This document shows, piece by piece, positions 47,445-57,715 of a stretch of DNA of 64,000 nucleotides. The translations under genes and the position numbers were made by a program. The stretch lies in the NCBI GenBank assembly GCA_963850305.1, contig CAWKKR010000008.1, forward strand, positions 1,056,001 through 1,120,000. The letters are read 5' to 3'. The DNA is from an uncultured delta proteobacterium. Its GTDB lineage: Bacteria > Myxococcota_A > Polyangia > Polyangiales > Polyangiaceae. Positions within the stretch are counted from its first letter, which is position 1. The number at the start of each line of letters is the position of its first letter. Under the pieces are notes generated by a model that saw only the letters and a program-made list of their open reading frames with translations, did no database searches and was not told the origin of the DNA.

Positions 47445-49976
47445 TCATTGGCGAGCGACGGGGCGCCTGCGCTCGATCAACCGCAGAATGGCCGGCAGAA
47501 CCACCATCACCGATGCAATGCAGCTCAGCTCGCCAATCACGGCCACCTTCCCGAAACTGCGGACCGCGGAGTTCACGGACTGCATCAACGCCGCGTATCC
47601 CAGCACGGTGGTCAAGCTGCAAAGAACGATGGCCCCGCCGGTCTCGCGCACGATGGTTGGCACCTTCCCCGCGCCCTCGACACGCCACCGATGCACCATG
47701 TTGATGGAGTAATCGACGCCGATCCCGAGGGTGATGGGGATGGCGATGAAGTTCAGAAAATTGATCTTGATCCCCAGCCACCAGAGCATCCCGCCCATCC
47801 AGCTGAGGCCCATCGCGAGGGCACCGAAAACCAACCCGATGGCGCGCCAGCCATTCTTGCGGCGGATGAATGTGAGGATCACGACGAGGGCCGTCCCGAT
47901 ACCGGCGAAGAAGATGGCCTTGGGCGACTCCTCCGCGACGCTCGAGAGCATGTCGGCGAAAATGACGGCACGCCCGCTCCCATGAATGACCTCACCGGAG
48001 GGCAACTCGACGACCCGGTAAGCGTTCGCCCATCTGAGGAGATAGTGCAGGTTGCGGACGCTCTGCCCCTCCGTGGGTGCGACGTAGACGATGCGACCAC
48101 GCGTGCCGTCGCGCTCGGTGAATGGGCGCGCTACTTGCTCGGGTAGGTCTGCGATCCCAAAAGGCTTGGTATTCCTCGGCGGGAGGTACGACTCGATGTC
48201 GGTCCAGTCTTTGTCGCTCAGCTTGCCCAGGTTCCGGATCCGCTCGAGTCTCTTGCGAGTTTGGCTCAGTAGCGCGAGCTTTTCTTCCTGGTGCTCCGGG
48301 ATCAGATTGTAGATGGAGACGACCTTGTCGAAGGGTGGGGATTTCCCCGCCGCTGACCTTCGACGTTCGAGCTCGGCCACGAGCGGTTTTACCTGATCGA
48401 TCCGATCGGTCATGACCGCCATGCCATCTTGACCCGCGCGGCCCGTGATGTTCGTCATCCCTCTCCCCAGGCGCGTCGCCTCGCTCTGCACGGAAGACGA
48501 GTCGTTCTCGAGCTGGCCGAGATCGTATTCGATCGGATCATTGGCCAGATAGCGACTGATCGCCCAGACGCCGCCCAGGCTGAGCAGGAGTCCCGACGCG
48601 GCAACCCACCTCGCAGGGGAGTGCTTCGACACCCAGGCGAACGGTGCCCCGAAGGGCACCCCGCGATCCGCTGTGCGCTTGAGCCAGCCGAGGATCCCCG
48701 GCTTCGTCGTGTGCAGGTCCAGGGGCAAAAAGCGCTCGAAGACCACCATGAGTGGTGGCATGAGCAGGTAGTTCGCGGCCCAGCAGAGGAGCATGCCGTA
48801 GCCACCGATACGGCCGAAATCACGGAACCCGCGGAAATCCGTGAGCGCCAGGGAACCGTAACCCGCGCCTGCGGCAGCCGCCACGGCCAGGGTCGGAACG
48901 AATGTGTCTCGGAGGCTCGCCTTCAAGGCGTCCGCAGTACTCTCACCGGCGCGACGCGCTTCCATGTAGCGGGCGCGCAAGAGGACCCCGAAGTTCAGCC
49001 CGTTACCGAAGATGATCGAGACCAGAAAGCCACTGGCCGTATTGAGCTGCCCGATTGCAAACTCGGTGATGGCAAACGTCCAGAGCAGGCCAGTACCAAT
49101 CGCAAGGGCCATGGTGATTACGGCGCGAAGCCGCAGGAAGAACAGGAAATCGACGATCAAGATCATGGCCACTCCTGCCACGCCGACCGAGACTAGGTCT
49201 TTCTTCACTGCTCCGTATTGCTCGGCAAACGTCACCACGTCACCGGTGAACCCCGTGGTGATCGAAGGACCGAACCGCTTCGGATCGACCTCATCGATGA
49301 TGGTCTTGACGCGGCGCTGCAGCTCCTTCGTGCGTTTGAGATCCCCCTGAGAAATCGGGGTACGCACCATCACGACGATCCGAGTCTGCTCGGGGTTCAT
49401 GTAGTAGCCGTCGGGATAGGGTGGTGCACCCTTCGTATTCTTGGCTTTCTCGTCCTCGAACTCCTTGACGACCGAATCCCGGGTGATGGGTTTGCTGTCG
49501 TCGTCATCGACGACGTTGCCCCACACCGCGGTTTGAAAGGCCTCCTCCACCCGGTCGTGGATCTCCTGAACCTTCGCGAGCGGAAGGTAGAGGGCCTGCC
49601 GCTGCTCGAGGAATTCCTGCTGCGCTCGAACGCCGTTCTCCGCCGTGCCCACCCACTCCGGGCCGAGCGCGCGTAGCGGCGGAAGCAGCGCATCGGAGAA
49701 CCGCTCCAGCGCGAGCTTGTCCGCCCCGTCGATGACGATCGCCAGGTTCGCAACACCCGCGGTCCGCTTGGACACGCGTTTCAGTTCGATGACGCTGGGC
49801 TTGTTGTCCGGAAGAAGCGAGTCGAACCCAGTCTTCAAGTCGAGCTGTCTGGCGAAGTAAAGCGAGGGAACGGCGAGCAGTGCCGCAGTGAGGATGAACC
49901 ACCAGGGTCGGCGTGTTTGCGCACTGACCAATCGCTCTACGAAACGACCTAGCGGAGAAGCATCGACGGATGACAC
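47445..49976 (-). CDS. MMPL/RND family transporter
   Basis: Two repeats of TM + periplasmic loop + TM bundle; GIGVDYSINM...ETGGAIVLCSLTT. Confidence 0.9.
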   Translation of the reverse strand: MSSVDASPLGRFVERLVSAQTRRPWWFILTAALLAVPSLYFARQLDLKTGFDSLLPDNKPSVIELKRVSKRTAGVANLAIVIDGADKLALERFSDALLPPLRALGPEWVGTAENGVRAQQEFLEQRQALYLPLAKVQEIHDRVEEAFQTAVWGNVVDDDDSKPITRDSVVKEFEDEKAKNTKGAPPYPDGYYMNPEQTRIVVMVRTPISQGDLKRTKELQRRVKTIIDEVDPKRFGPSITTGFTGDVVTFAEQYGAVKKDLVSVGVAGVAMILIVDFLFFLRLRAVITMALAIGTGLLWTFAITEFAIGQLNTASGFLVSIIFGNGLNFGVLLRARYMEARRAGESTADALKASLRDTFVPTLAVAAAAGAGYGSLALTDFRGFRDFGRIGGYGMLLCWAANYLLMPPLMVVFERFLPLDLHTTKPGILGWLKRTADRGVPFGAPFAWVSKHSPARWVAASGLLLSLGGVWAISRYLANDPIEYDLGQLENDSSSVQSEATRLGRGMTNITGRAGQDGMAVMTDRIDQVKPLVAELERRRSAAGKSPPFDKVVSIYNLIPEHQEEKLALLSQTRKRLERIRNLGKLSDKDWTDIESYLPPRNTKPFGIADLPEQVARPFTERDGTRGRIVYVAPTEGQSVRNLHYLLRWANAYRVVELPSGEVIHGSGRAVIFADMLSSVAEESPKAIFFAGIGTALVVILTFIRRKNGWRAIGLVFGALAMGLSWMGGMLWWLGIKINFLNFIAIPITLGIGVDYSINMVHRWRVEGAGKVPTIVRETGGAIVLCSLTTVLGYAALMQSVNSAVRSFGKVAVIGELSCIASVMVVLPAILRLIERRRPVARQ

Positions 49977-50177
49977 CGAACGGCCTCCCGTCCGTTGAAG
50001 GACCGTTCGAAAGCGAACGTAGCAGTTGCATAGACCATCGAGCTAAAGGTCACCAGAACGTTCGCCCCGCCCAGATTGACGCGCACGGAGAACGGACCGA
50101 GCGTGCCGGTCTCCTAACCAGGGGCTCGCCAGGCGCCAAAGGTTCGGCCTGGAATCGATATCGAGATCGGGAAGTCC

Positions 50178-51755
50178 ATGACTTCGGGTACGTCCGAGAC
50201 AATCGAATCGCGATTGAAAACTCAGCACCGAACGTGGCTTCTCGTCGGGCTCGTGGTCACCCTGATTCACGCGCCGCTCTTGAACAAGCCCTTCGTGGAT
50301 TCCGACGAAGCGGTCTACGCGTCCATCGCCGCATTGACGAACAGCGTGGGCCATCTGTATGCGGAAGGCGGCGTCGACAACAAGTTCCCCGGGATCTACT
50401 GGATCTACGCCGCCGTATTTCGTGTCTTCGGACGGTATTCGATGAACGCGGTCCACGTGCTCACGATTCTCGTCGTGCTCGCAACCTGTGGGGTGCTGGG
50501 CAGGATCGTGTACCGCATCGGAAATGGGTCAGCGGTGTGGGCGGTAGCGCTCTTCTATGGGATCGCGACGACGCTCTATACGCCGAAGATGCTCGCGGCG
50601 AACACGGAGGTCTTCGCGATGCTACCCATTTCTGTCGCGGTGCTCCTCGTTCTGCCCGATGTCTCGTGGCCCCGCCCTGGGTTCTTGCCCATGTATCTCG
50701 CGGGTGTGCTGATCGGAGCAGCCACCTTGGTCCGCCAGCTTGCGGCGCCGAACCTTCTCGTGATCTGCACCGTGCCCCTCTTCTGGCGGGAAACGGGCTG
50801 GCCAAGGAGGCTCGCCTCTTCGTTGATCGCTGCGCTCGGCTTTGCCACGATGGCCGGGCTTCTCGCGTACTTCTTTTTTCAGCAAGGCACGCTGCGAGAT
50901 TTCTGGTTCTGGACCGTTTCCGTCGTGGTCCAGCGCTATCTGCCTGACGGCTGGCACTATACCCCGCCGCTTCATCAGCTCGGAATGTTGGCCGAGACGG
51001 TGGTCTTCTGGACGCTGGTCGTGCTCCGAGCGCGCAGGTGGCGCGAGCTCTCCCTCTCGGAGAGAGCAATCTGGGGTTGGTTGGTGCTCAGTCTGGCAAT
51101 CGTGATCTTTCCCGGGCGCTTCCACCCTCACTACGCAATTCAGGCGTTCGCACCGCTCGCGATCTTGTCGGCAATGGAATTCGGAAAACGTCTCGAGGAG
51201 GCTCGCGGCCCCGAGGACTTTCGCCTCATTCGGTGGAGCGCCGGCTTGCTCGGCGCGCTGACGGTCGTATTCGGCACCATCGCCATCTTCTGGGAGCCCT
51301 TCGCGGAGCCGAGCCATTTCAGTCGAACCACGCCGCTCTATCTGCAGGTGGCGCGTTACATCCGCGAGACGACATCGACCAACGACCGAATCTTCGTCTG
51401 GGGCGCCTATACGCCGATCTACGTCATGTCGGACCGCTTGCCTGCATCGCGCTTCGTCGCTTTCAAGCGAGGATGCGGCCGGGATGTTCGCAGTCCCTTC
51501 GCGGACTGCTGGGATTCTGGCCCCGAAATGTGGCCCCTCTTGACGCAAGACCTGGCGGCAAGCGCGCCCGCACTGATCGTGGACACGTCGCCAGCCAACC
51601 TGGGCGACTTCGCGCCGTATCCGATCAAAGACTTCGCCCTGCTGCGGGAGCTTTTGGCGACGCGGTACTCCAGCGAACGAACGATCGGTGGGGTGGTCAT
51701 CTATCGGCGCACCTCGCCTGGCGCGCACGCAGCGCACCCCGTTTCAACAGGGTAG
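50178..51755 (+). CDS. GT-C membrane glycosyltransferase (ArnT/PMT-like)
   Basis: DSDEAVY, VDNKFPGIY, ANTE, multiple TM helices, FHPHY, IFVWG. Confidence 0.82.
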   Translation: MTSGTSETIESRLKTQHRTWLLVGLVVTLIHAPLLNKPFVDSDEAVYASIAALTNSVGHLYAEGGVDNKFPGIYWIYAAVFRVFGRYSMNAVHVLTILVVLATCGVLGRIVYRIGNGSAVWAVALFYGIATTLYTPKMLAANTEVFAMLPISVAVLLVLPDVSWPRPGFLPMYLAGVLIGAATLVRQLAAPNLLVICTVPLFWRETGWPRRLASSLIAALGFATMAGLLAYFFFQQGTLRDFWFWTVSVVVQRYLPDGWHYTPPLHQLGMLAETVVFWTLVVLRARRWRELSLSERAIWGWLVLSLAIVIFPGRFHPHYAIQAFAPLAILSAMEFGKRLEEARGPEDFRLIRWSAGLLGALTVVFGTIAIFWEPFAEPSHFSRTTPLYLQVARYIRETTSTNDRIFVWGAYTPIYVMSDRLPASRFVAFKRGCGRDVRSPFADCWDSGPEMWPLLTQDLAASAPALIVDTSPANLGDFAPYPIKDFALLRELLATRYSSERTIGGVVIYRRTSPGAHAAHPVSTG

Positions 51756-51965
51756 CCCCACGGACCAAGCGTATTTTTCACGAGTCGACCGAAAAGACGC
51801 CATAATATCGTCCATGGCGAAGCGAGAGCACGGGGACCCATCCGCGGCTCGTTTCGGTCGAGACGACCAATCACTGCAACGCGAAGTGTGTGTTCCGTCA
51901 GAACAATCGGGACGCAACCGTTGCCGCGAGGGCGCGAAACCGCGCGAGCGCAGGCTGATCGACGT

Positions 51966-53141
51966 ATGCGAATCGCTCTCGTGAGCCCATATCCGCCGAG
52001 GCGGTGTGCGATCGGATTGTACACGCAAAACCTTGCGCGCGCGCTCGCTGCGCGATCGGACGTGGATCGGACTCACGTGGTCGCCGAAGAGGGCGCGGCG
52101 TCGGAGGGCGACCCGGGATCACGGCTCGTCGCCGTGCCGACGTACCGCCGGGGCGACGACTACGTGAAAGACATTCTCAGGGGCGTTACCTTCGCGAAAG
52201 CCGACGTGTGCCACGTTCAGTATGCGCCGGATCTGTTCGGCGAAGATCGCCGCTTGCCGTCGTTACTGAGCGAACTCGAAGCTGGCGGTGTGACGACCGT
52301 GGTGACTCTCCACACCGTGTTCGGTCCGCGTCGTTTTCGTCGGTTGCTCGGAAAGTCGAGCACCCAATCGTTCCACCGTGCGCTCGCCCGCCACGCGAAT
52401 CGCTTCATCGTTCACCATGAGGACGGCAGCGCCGACAAGCTCGTGGCTCAAGGCATCCCTCGGCAACAAATCGCGGTCATCCCTCACGGCACTCCGACGC
52501 CAACGCTGCCCGATCGGGCCGGGGCGCGGCGTCGCATGAATCTGCCGGAAGACGCATTCGTCTTCACGTTCTTCGGCTTCATTCACCGATACAAGAACGT
52601 CCACACGCTCATCGAGGCATTCTCGAGCGTCGCACGCGCGCATCCCGAAGCGCGACTCGTCGTCGCGGGAATGCCCTGGGGTGATCGCTGGTACAATCAT
52701 CTTTACGTCGGCATGCTGAAGGCGCGCATCCTGTCCCTCGGTCTTCGAGATCGCGTCGAGGTGAGGGATCGGTACCTGCCGGCGGAGGCGGTACCTGATC
52801 TATACGCGGCGACGGACGTCGTGCTGCTGCCGCACAAGCAAAGCTATGGCTCGGCGAGCGGCGTGTTTCACCAGGCCATCGGCATGGGCCGACCCGTCAT
52901 CTGCGCGGTCGGGCCGAAGTTCGCGGACGCCAGCCGCCTGTTACCCCGCGAATTCTCCGTTCCGAGCGGCGATATCCGAGCCTGGTCTCGCGTCATGATC
53001 AGCGTGATCGACGAGCCGTCGCTACTTACCGAGGGCCGCGAGGGCGTTTCGCGTTACGTCGAAGCGAGCGCGTGGCCCGTCGTCGCGGCAGCGCACCACG
53101 ACCTGTACGAAGACGCGCGGATCACGTCGAAACGCGGCTGA
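51966..53141 (+). CDS. Glycosyltransferase family 4
   Basis: MRIALVSPYPPRRCAIG, VVTLHTV, VIPHG, FFGFIHRYKNV, ASGV, PVI. Confidence 0.9.
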   Translation: MRIALVSPYPPRRCAIGLYTQNLARALAARSDVDRTHVVAEEGAASEGDPGSRLVAVPTYRRGDDYVKDILRGVTFAKADVCHVQYAPDLFGEDRRLPSLLSELEAGGVTTVVTLHTVFGPRRFRRLLGKSSTQSFHRALARHANRFIVHHEDGSADKLVAQGIPRQQIAVIPHGTPTPTLPDRAGARRRMNLPEDAFVFTFFGFIHRYKNVHTLIEAFSSVARAHPEARLVVAGMPWGDRWYNHLYVGMLKARILSLGLRDRVEVRDRYLPAEAVPDLYAATDVVLLPHKQSYGSASGVFHQAIGMGRPVICAVGPKFADASRLLPREFSVPSGDIRAWSRVMISVIDEPSLLTEGREGVSRYVEASAWPVVAAAHHDLYEDARITSKRG

Positions 53142-53328
53142 AGGTTACCGCCCGTGGTGTGATCTGCTCCGCGTCCCGTTCACTCGAGCCGCAACCCGGG
53201 GAGCGGCGCGAGCGCCCTTGCCCACGACGCGGAGTTCCACCGGGCTGGCTGAACGAGATTCAGCAACTGCCCGGCCCCCGCGCCGCGGGCGGGGGTCCGT
53301 CACCCAGCCAGCGTTGCTCACCGATAGT

Positions 53329-54798
53329 CTACGGCGCCGCCGAAATACACTCGTCCGCGTGAATTAGCGAATTGACGCCAGGCTGAACCAGCGTGTGCGC
53401 CGGATACGCCACGGTGAAGTTGAAACACATCTCGTCGGTCGTCTTTTCGCCGAAGCTGACGGTGTAGGGGTTCGGGTTGTCGAAGTGACAGGTCGTGAGG
53501 ATCGTGTCGCCCGGATTGATGATGGTGGGGAAGGTGTACTGAACCTGATCGTTGAAGTCGAAGGGCTCGTCGAAGAGCGTCTCCGTCTGATGCGTCGCAG
53601 CCCGCGTGATCGTTGCCGTCATGCGCGTCCCGAGCAAATGCATGTGCGGCCACGACTTGATGACGTGCACCGGCGTCGTGTTCGACGGCACGCAGTTGCC
53701 AGCGATCGGAGCGTCCTGAGTCGACGCCGGAATCGTGAAGAGATCATTGCCGAGCCAGGAGATGCCCGCGGTATTCTCGCGTGGGGTCTTGGCCGCGCAG
53801 ATTTCGACGCCGCTGTGGTCGGTCTGATCCACACCCGTGTAGTTGTTGTAATGAATCTCGAGGATGAAATCCCCCGTCCCGAGTCCCATGCCGACGGTGG
53901 GGGGCAGAATCCAGTCATCGCCGCCGGGAGCCCAGCCTGCGATCAACGCGCCATCCGGGTGAGCGCCCAGACACGCCGACGACGCGCCGTTCGTCTGCGT
54001 GTCCGTCATCGCGTAGAGCAACCAGTGGTGGAGCACCTGCGCGTTGTCGATCTTTCGAACGAAGGACAGGCCTTGCGTCGAGCCCTGAAGGTCCACGTGG
54101 TAGCTGAAGCACTGATAGAGATTGGATGTGCCCGCGGGCACGGGGAACGGCGTTCCCGAAGCGTCGTTTCGGGCAAGAATGTCGATGGGCGTGCAATCGT
54201 TGGGATCGGGCGGGGGGGGTGAGCCCGCGTCCGACGCTTGGACGGCGCCGCCGCCCCCGGTGACTCCGCCGGAGCCGTAGTTGTCCGAGCCGCCCGCGCC
54301 ATACGTATCGCCCCCGCCAGCGCTGCCCACGACGCCGTAACCACCGGCTCCTGTACCCGAGCCCCCGCCCGCCCCTTGCTGGACCTGACATGCGCTGCCC
54401 TGAGGCGCCCCCGCAGCTACCCAATTGTCCAGGGTCGCCATCTGGTCGGGCGCGAGCGGTATGTTGCCCTCCGGCATCGGGTTGTGCGGATCATGGATGC
54501 GCTCTCCGATCCGTTGCCAGATGGGCTCCTTGGTCGAATGATCCGTTGCGTCCGGATTGGTGTCGATGAGCTCCTGCTGCGTGTCCGCGTACGTGAGGAG
54601 CTGCATCGGGGCGCCGTAGAGCGGTGTTTGTCCGTGGCACGCGGTGCACACGTTGTTGAAGACGGTCTGAACCTCGCACGGAAGAACGCCGCCCGCCGAG
54701 AGTTCGGACTGCGACGGCGCCTGGGACGCGCCACTCGGATTGCACCCGCCCACGCTCGCGGCGATGAGTAGACCGAGGACCTTATGTCGCAACAACAT
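53329..54798 (-). CDS. Lipoprotein: c-type cytochrome domain fused to a type II copper monooxygenase (PHM/DBH-like)
   Basis: Lipobox VGGC; CTACH...PMP...LDNWVAAGAP; copper ligands LHHW, EIHY, PHMH, DEMC. Confidence 0.85.
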   Translation of the reverse strand: MLLRHKVLGLLIAASVGGCNPSGASQAPSQSELSAGGVLPCEVQTVFNNVCTACHGQTPLYGAPMQLLTYADTQQELIDTNPDATDHSTKEPIWQRIGERIHDPHNPMPEGNIPLAPDQMATLDNWVAAGAPQGSACQVQQGAGGGSGTGAGGYGVVGSAGGGDTYGAGGSDNYGSGGVTGGGGAVQASDAGSPPPPDPNDCTPIDILARNDASGTPFPVPAGTSNLYQCFSYHVDLQGSTQGLSFVRKIDNAQVLHHWLLYAMTDTQTNGASSACLGAHPDGALIAGWAPGGDDWILPPTVGMGLGTGDFILEIHYNNYTGVDQTDHSGVEICAAKTPRENTAGISWLGNDLFTIPASTQDAPIAGNCVPSNTTPVHVIKSWPHMHLLGTRMTATITRAATHQTETLFDEPFDFNDQVQYTFPTIINPGDTILTTCHFDNPNPYTVSFGEKTTDEMCFNFTVAYPAHTLVQPGVNSLIHADECISAAP

Positions 54799-54998
54799 GG
54801 AAGAGCTCCTGACAACACGCTCGCGCCAGAGGCGAGAGGTGATACGGCCGCGTACGTATTGATGGACCGACGGCGATTTTCGGTCAAGTATCCAAAATCC
54901 GTCAGCCAGCACTTTGAGCTCCCGCAGGGGGCGCGGCCTCACAGGCTCATTGAATAATTCTGTCCGTGCGAGAGAACTCGAGCCGTGCGTTCAGGGGG

Positions 54999-56156
54999 TC
55001 ACTTTTCGTGCTCGCTCTGCAGCAACTTGGCGATGGTCTGAAGCTGCATGTTGCTCGTGCCTTCGTAGATCTTCCCGATCTTCGCGTCGCGAAAGAACTT
55101 CTCGACCGGGAAATCCTTCGTGAACCCGACGCCACCCAGAAACTCCACGCACAGCGAAGCCGAGCGCTCGGCGACCTCCGACGAGAAGAGCTTGGCCATG
55201 GCGGCCTCTTTGATGAACGGCTTGCCGGCGTCCTTGAGCCGCGCGGCGTTGTAGACCATCAGCCGGGCCGCTTCGATCTCGGTCGCGACGTGGGCGTATT
55301 GAAACTGCAGTCCCTGAAAGTCTCCTATCTTCTTTCCGAACTGCTCACGTTCCTGCAAGTATCGCATGGCGTGGTTGAAGGCTCCCTGCGCGAGCCCCAC
55401 CATCTGCGCGCCGATCCCGATACGACCCTCGTTCAAGGTCTCGATCGCGATCTTGTAACCTTTACCGACCTCGCCGAGGACGTTCGCCGAGGGGACTTCA
55501 GCGTCCTCGAAGATGAGCTCACAAGTGCTCGACGCTCGAATGCCGAGCTTGTCTTCCTTCTTGCCGATGCTGAAACCGGGAGCGCCCTTTTCGACCAGAA
55601 ACGCGGTGATGCCCTTGTACCCCTTCGACGGGTCGACGTTCGCCAGCACGATGAAGAGGCTCGCCTCGGCGCCGTTCGTGATCCAGAGTTTCCGGCCGTT
55701 CAAGACGTACTTGTCGCCGTGCTTCTCGGCGCGCGTCGCGAGCGCGAACGCATCCGAGCCGCTGCCCGACTCGCTGAGCGCGTAGCTGCCAACCCACTTG
55801 CTGCACATGTTCGGCATGTACTTCTTCTTCTGCGCGTCGTTCCCCCAGCGCAGAATCGCGTTGTTGACCAGCGTGTTCTGAACGTCCACGAGCACGGCGA
55901 CACTGGGATCGGTCTCGGCGAACGCCTCGACGGCGAGGATCGCCGTGAAGAACGAGCTGCCCGCCCCGCCGAGTTCGGCCGGGACCTCGATGCCCATGAC
56001 CCCCAGCTCGAACAATCCCTCGATGATGGCCCGGTCCATCGCGCCTTTCGCGTCCATCTCCGCCACGCGAGGAGAAACTTTCGATCGCGCGAAGCCGACG
56101 ATCGCGTCTCGAAACATGCCTTCGTCGTCGGACAGAATCGTGAGCGGCTGGGTCAT
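54999..56156 (-). CDS. Acyl-CoA dehydrogenase (short/branched-chain type)
   Basis: YALSESGSGSDA, LNGRKLWITNG, KLGIRAS, LNEGRIGIG, REQFG, IYEGTSNMQ. Confidence 0.95.
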   Translation of the reverse strand: MTQPLTILSDDEGMFRDAIVGFARSKVSPRVAEMDAKGAMDRAIIEGLFELGVMGIEVPAELGGAGSSFFTAILAVEAFAETDPSVAVLVDVQNTLVNNAILRWGNDAQKKKYMPNMCSKWVGSYALSESGSGSDAFALATRAEKHGDKYVLNGRKLWITNGAEASLFIVLANVDPSKGYKGITAFLVEKGAPGFSIGKKEDKLGIRASSTCELIFEDAEVPSANVLGEVGKGYKIAIETLNEGRIGIGAQMVGLAQGAFNHAMRYLQEREQFGKKIGDFQGLQFQYAHVATEIEAARLMVYNAARLKDAGKPFIKEAAMAKLFSSEVAERSASLCVEFLGGVGFTKDFPVEKFFRDAKIGKIYEGTSNMQLQTIAKLLQSEHEK

Positions 56157-56281
56157 GGCCCGTGTCTAGATGACACGGCGCTCGCCCGCAACAGGATCGC
56201 CCGCAGCCAGCGCGGGACTTCCCCGGGGGCCAGGGCTGCCAGGGCCCCCCCCTGTTAGTAATGGTAGAATCGCTCCGAAGA

Positions 56282-57409
56282 ATGCCCGGCAACACGTTTG
56301 GACAGGCGTTTAGAATCACGACGGCGGGCGAGTCGCACGGCCCGGGTAACGTCGTCGTCATCGACGGATGTCCACCGGGCATCCCCCTGACGTCGGAGGA
56401 TCTACGCGTGGACCTGATGCGGCGAAGGCCCGGTCAGAGTCACATCGTCACCCAGCGTAGCGAAGCGGACGAACCCGAGATCCTGGCCGGCGTCTTCGAA
56501 GGCAGGACGACGGGCACGAGCATCGCGATCTTGATCCGAAACACGGACCAGAAGAGCCGCGACTACGACGACATCAAGGACAAATACCGGCCCGGTCACG
56601 CGGACTACACTTACGACGCCAAGTACGGTTTCCGGGATTACCGCGGCGGCGGCAGGTCGAGCGCGCGCGAAACCACGGCGCGCGTCGCGGCGGGGGTCGT
56701 TGCCAAGAAGCTCATCGCGCTGGCGTTCGGCGGACGCGTCGTCGCCTACGTGAAACAGGTCGGCGATATCGTCGCGGAGGTTCCCGATCCGGCGGCGATC
56801 ACCCTGGAGCGCGTCGAGACATTGCCGGACGGGACACCGAACGTGATCCGGTGTCCGGACGCGGCGTGCGCCGGTCGCATGGTGGCGCTCATCGAGGAGG
56901 TTCGAAAGGCCCAGGACTCCATCGGCGGCGTCGCGGAGATCGTCGCGTGCGGCGTGCCAGCCGGGTTGGGGGAGCCGGTGTTCGACAAGCTCAAGGCCGA
57001 TCTCGCGAAGGCCATCTTCAGCCTGCCCGCCGTGCTCGGCGTGGAGTACGGGGCGGGTTTTGCCGCAGCCCGCCTCCGCGGCAGCGAGAACAACGACGCC
57101 TTCGTTCGCGACGCGGGTTCCCATGGAAGGGTCGTGACGGCGACGAACCGACACGGCGGCATGCTCGGGGGCATCTCGAGCGGCATGCCGATCGTTCTTC
57201 GGGCCGTCGTCAAACCCACCAGCAGTCTTTCGAGGGAGCAACCGACCCTGACGAGCGCTCTCGAGCCGACCACGATCCGCACGAAGGGTCGCCACGATCC
57301 CTGTCTCTTGCCGCGCTTCGTACCCATGGCCGAGGCAATGGTCGCGCTGGTGCTTGCCGACCATTGGCTCCGTCTTCGAGGGCAATTATCGTCTCTGCCG
57401 CATGCCTAG
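56282..57409 (+). CDS. aroC: Chorismate synthase
   Basis: GESHG, RRPGQS, RPGHAD, RGGGRSSARET, GGISSG, KPTSS, GRHDPC. Confidence 0.98.
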   Translation: MPGNTFGQAFRITTAGESHGPGNVVVIDGCPPGIPLTSEDLRVDLMRRRPGQSHIVTQRSEADEPEILAGVFEGRTTGTSIAILIRNTDQKSRDYDDIKDKYRPGHADYTYDAKYGFRDYRGGGRSSARETTARVAAGVVAKKLIALAFGGRVVAYVKQVGDIVAEVPDPAAITLERVETLPDGTPNVIRCPDAACAGRMVALIEEVRKAQDSIGGVAEIVACGVPAGLGEPVFDKLKADLAKAIFSLPAVLGVEYGAGFAAARLRGSENNDAFVRDAGSHGRVVTATNRHGGMLGGISSGMPIVLRAVVKPTSSLSREQPTLTSALEPTTIRTKGRHDPCLLPRFVPMAEAMVALVLADHWLRLRGQLSSLPHA

Positions 57410-57680
57410 ATCGCAGAATTCCCGACTCGTTCTCGCTGCCGCCGCGGGACTCGCGCTCGGCGCGGCAGCTTGCAAGACCAGCGCCGACCCGGCGAACTCC
57501 ATGAACGCCACGACCGCAGCTCCGACGCCAAGCACGCCAACGCACGGTGCGAAGGCGTGTTGCAAGGGGCTGAACGATTGCAGGGGCAAGGGCGGTTGCG
57601 CCGTCGACGGCAAGCACGAATGCGCCGGCAAGAACGCCTGCAAGAATCAGGGCGGCTGCAACATGCGCTGCCCGAAGTGA
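57402..57680 (+). CDS. Small Cys-rich lipoprotein, bufferin-precursor-like
   Basis: Lipobox AAAC, then two CxGxNxC(K/R)xxGGC repeats; 8 Cys in the last ~40 aa. Confidence 0.75.
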   Translation: MPRSQNSRLVLAAAAGLALGAAACKTSADPANSMNATTAAPTPSTPTHGAKACCKGLNDCRGKGGCAVDGKHECAGKNACKNQGGCNMRCPK

Positions 57681-57715
57681 ACGACGGCCGCGCCGAGCAC
57701 CCTGGGCAGCGGCCC

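Noticed and set aside
47151..47447. Stop readthrough or selenocysteine extension of the MMPL gene
   Set aside because: The frame stays open after the TGA, but the MMPL protein already looks complete and no SECIS-like context is evident; a gene remnant is more likely.
54966..56258. 430-aa + ORF (likewise 36952..38133, 35452..36528, 62346..63299)
   Set aside because: Antisense shadows of acyl-CoA dehydrogenase, rnr, serS and mfd, common in high-GC DNA.
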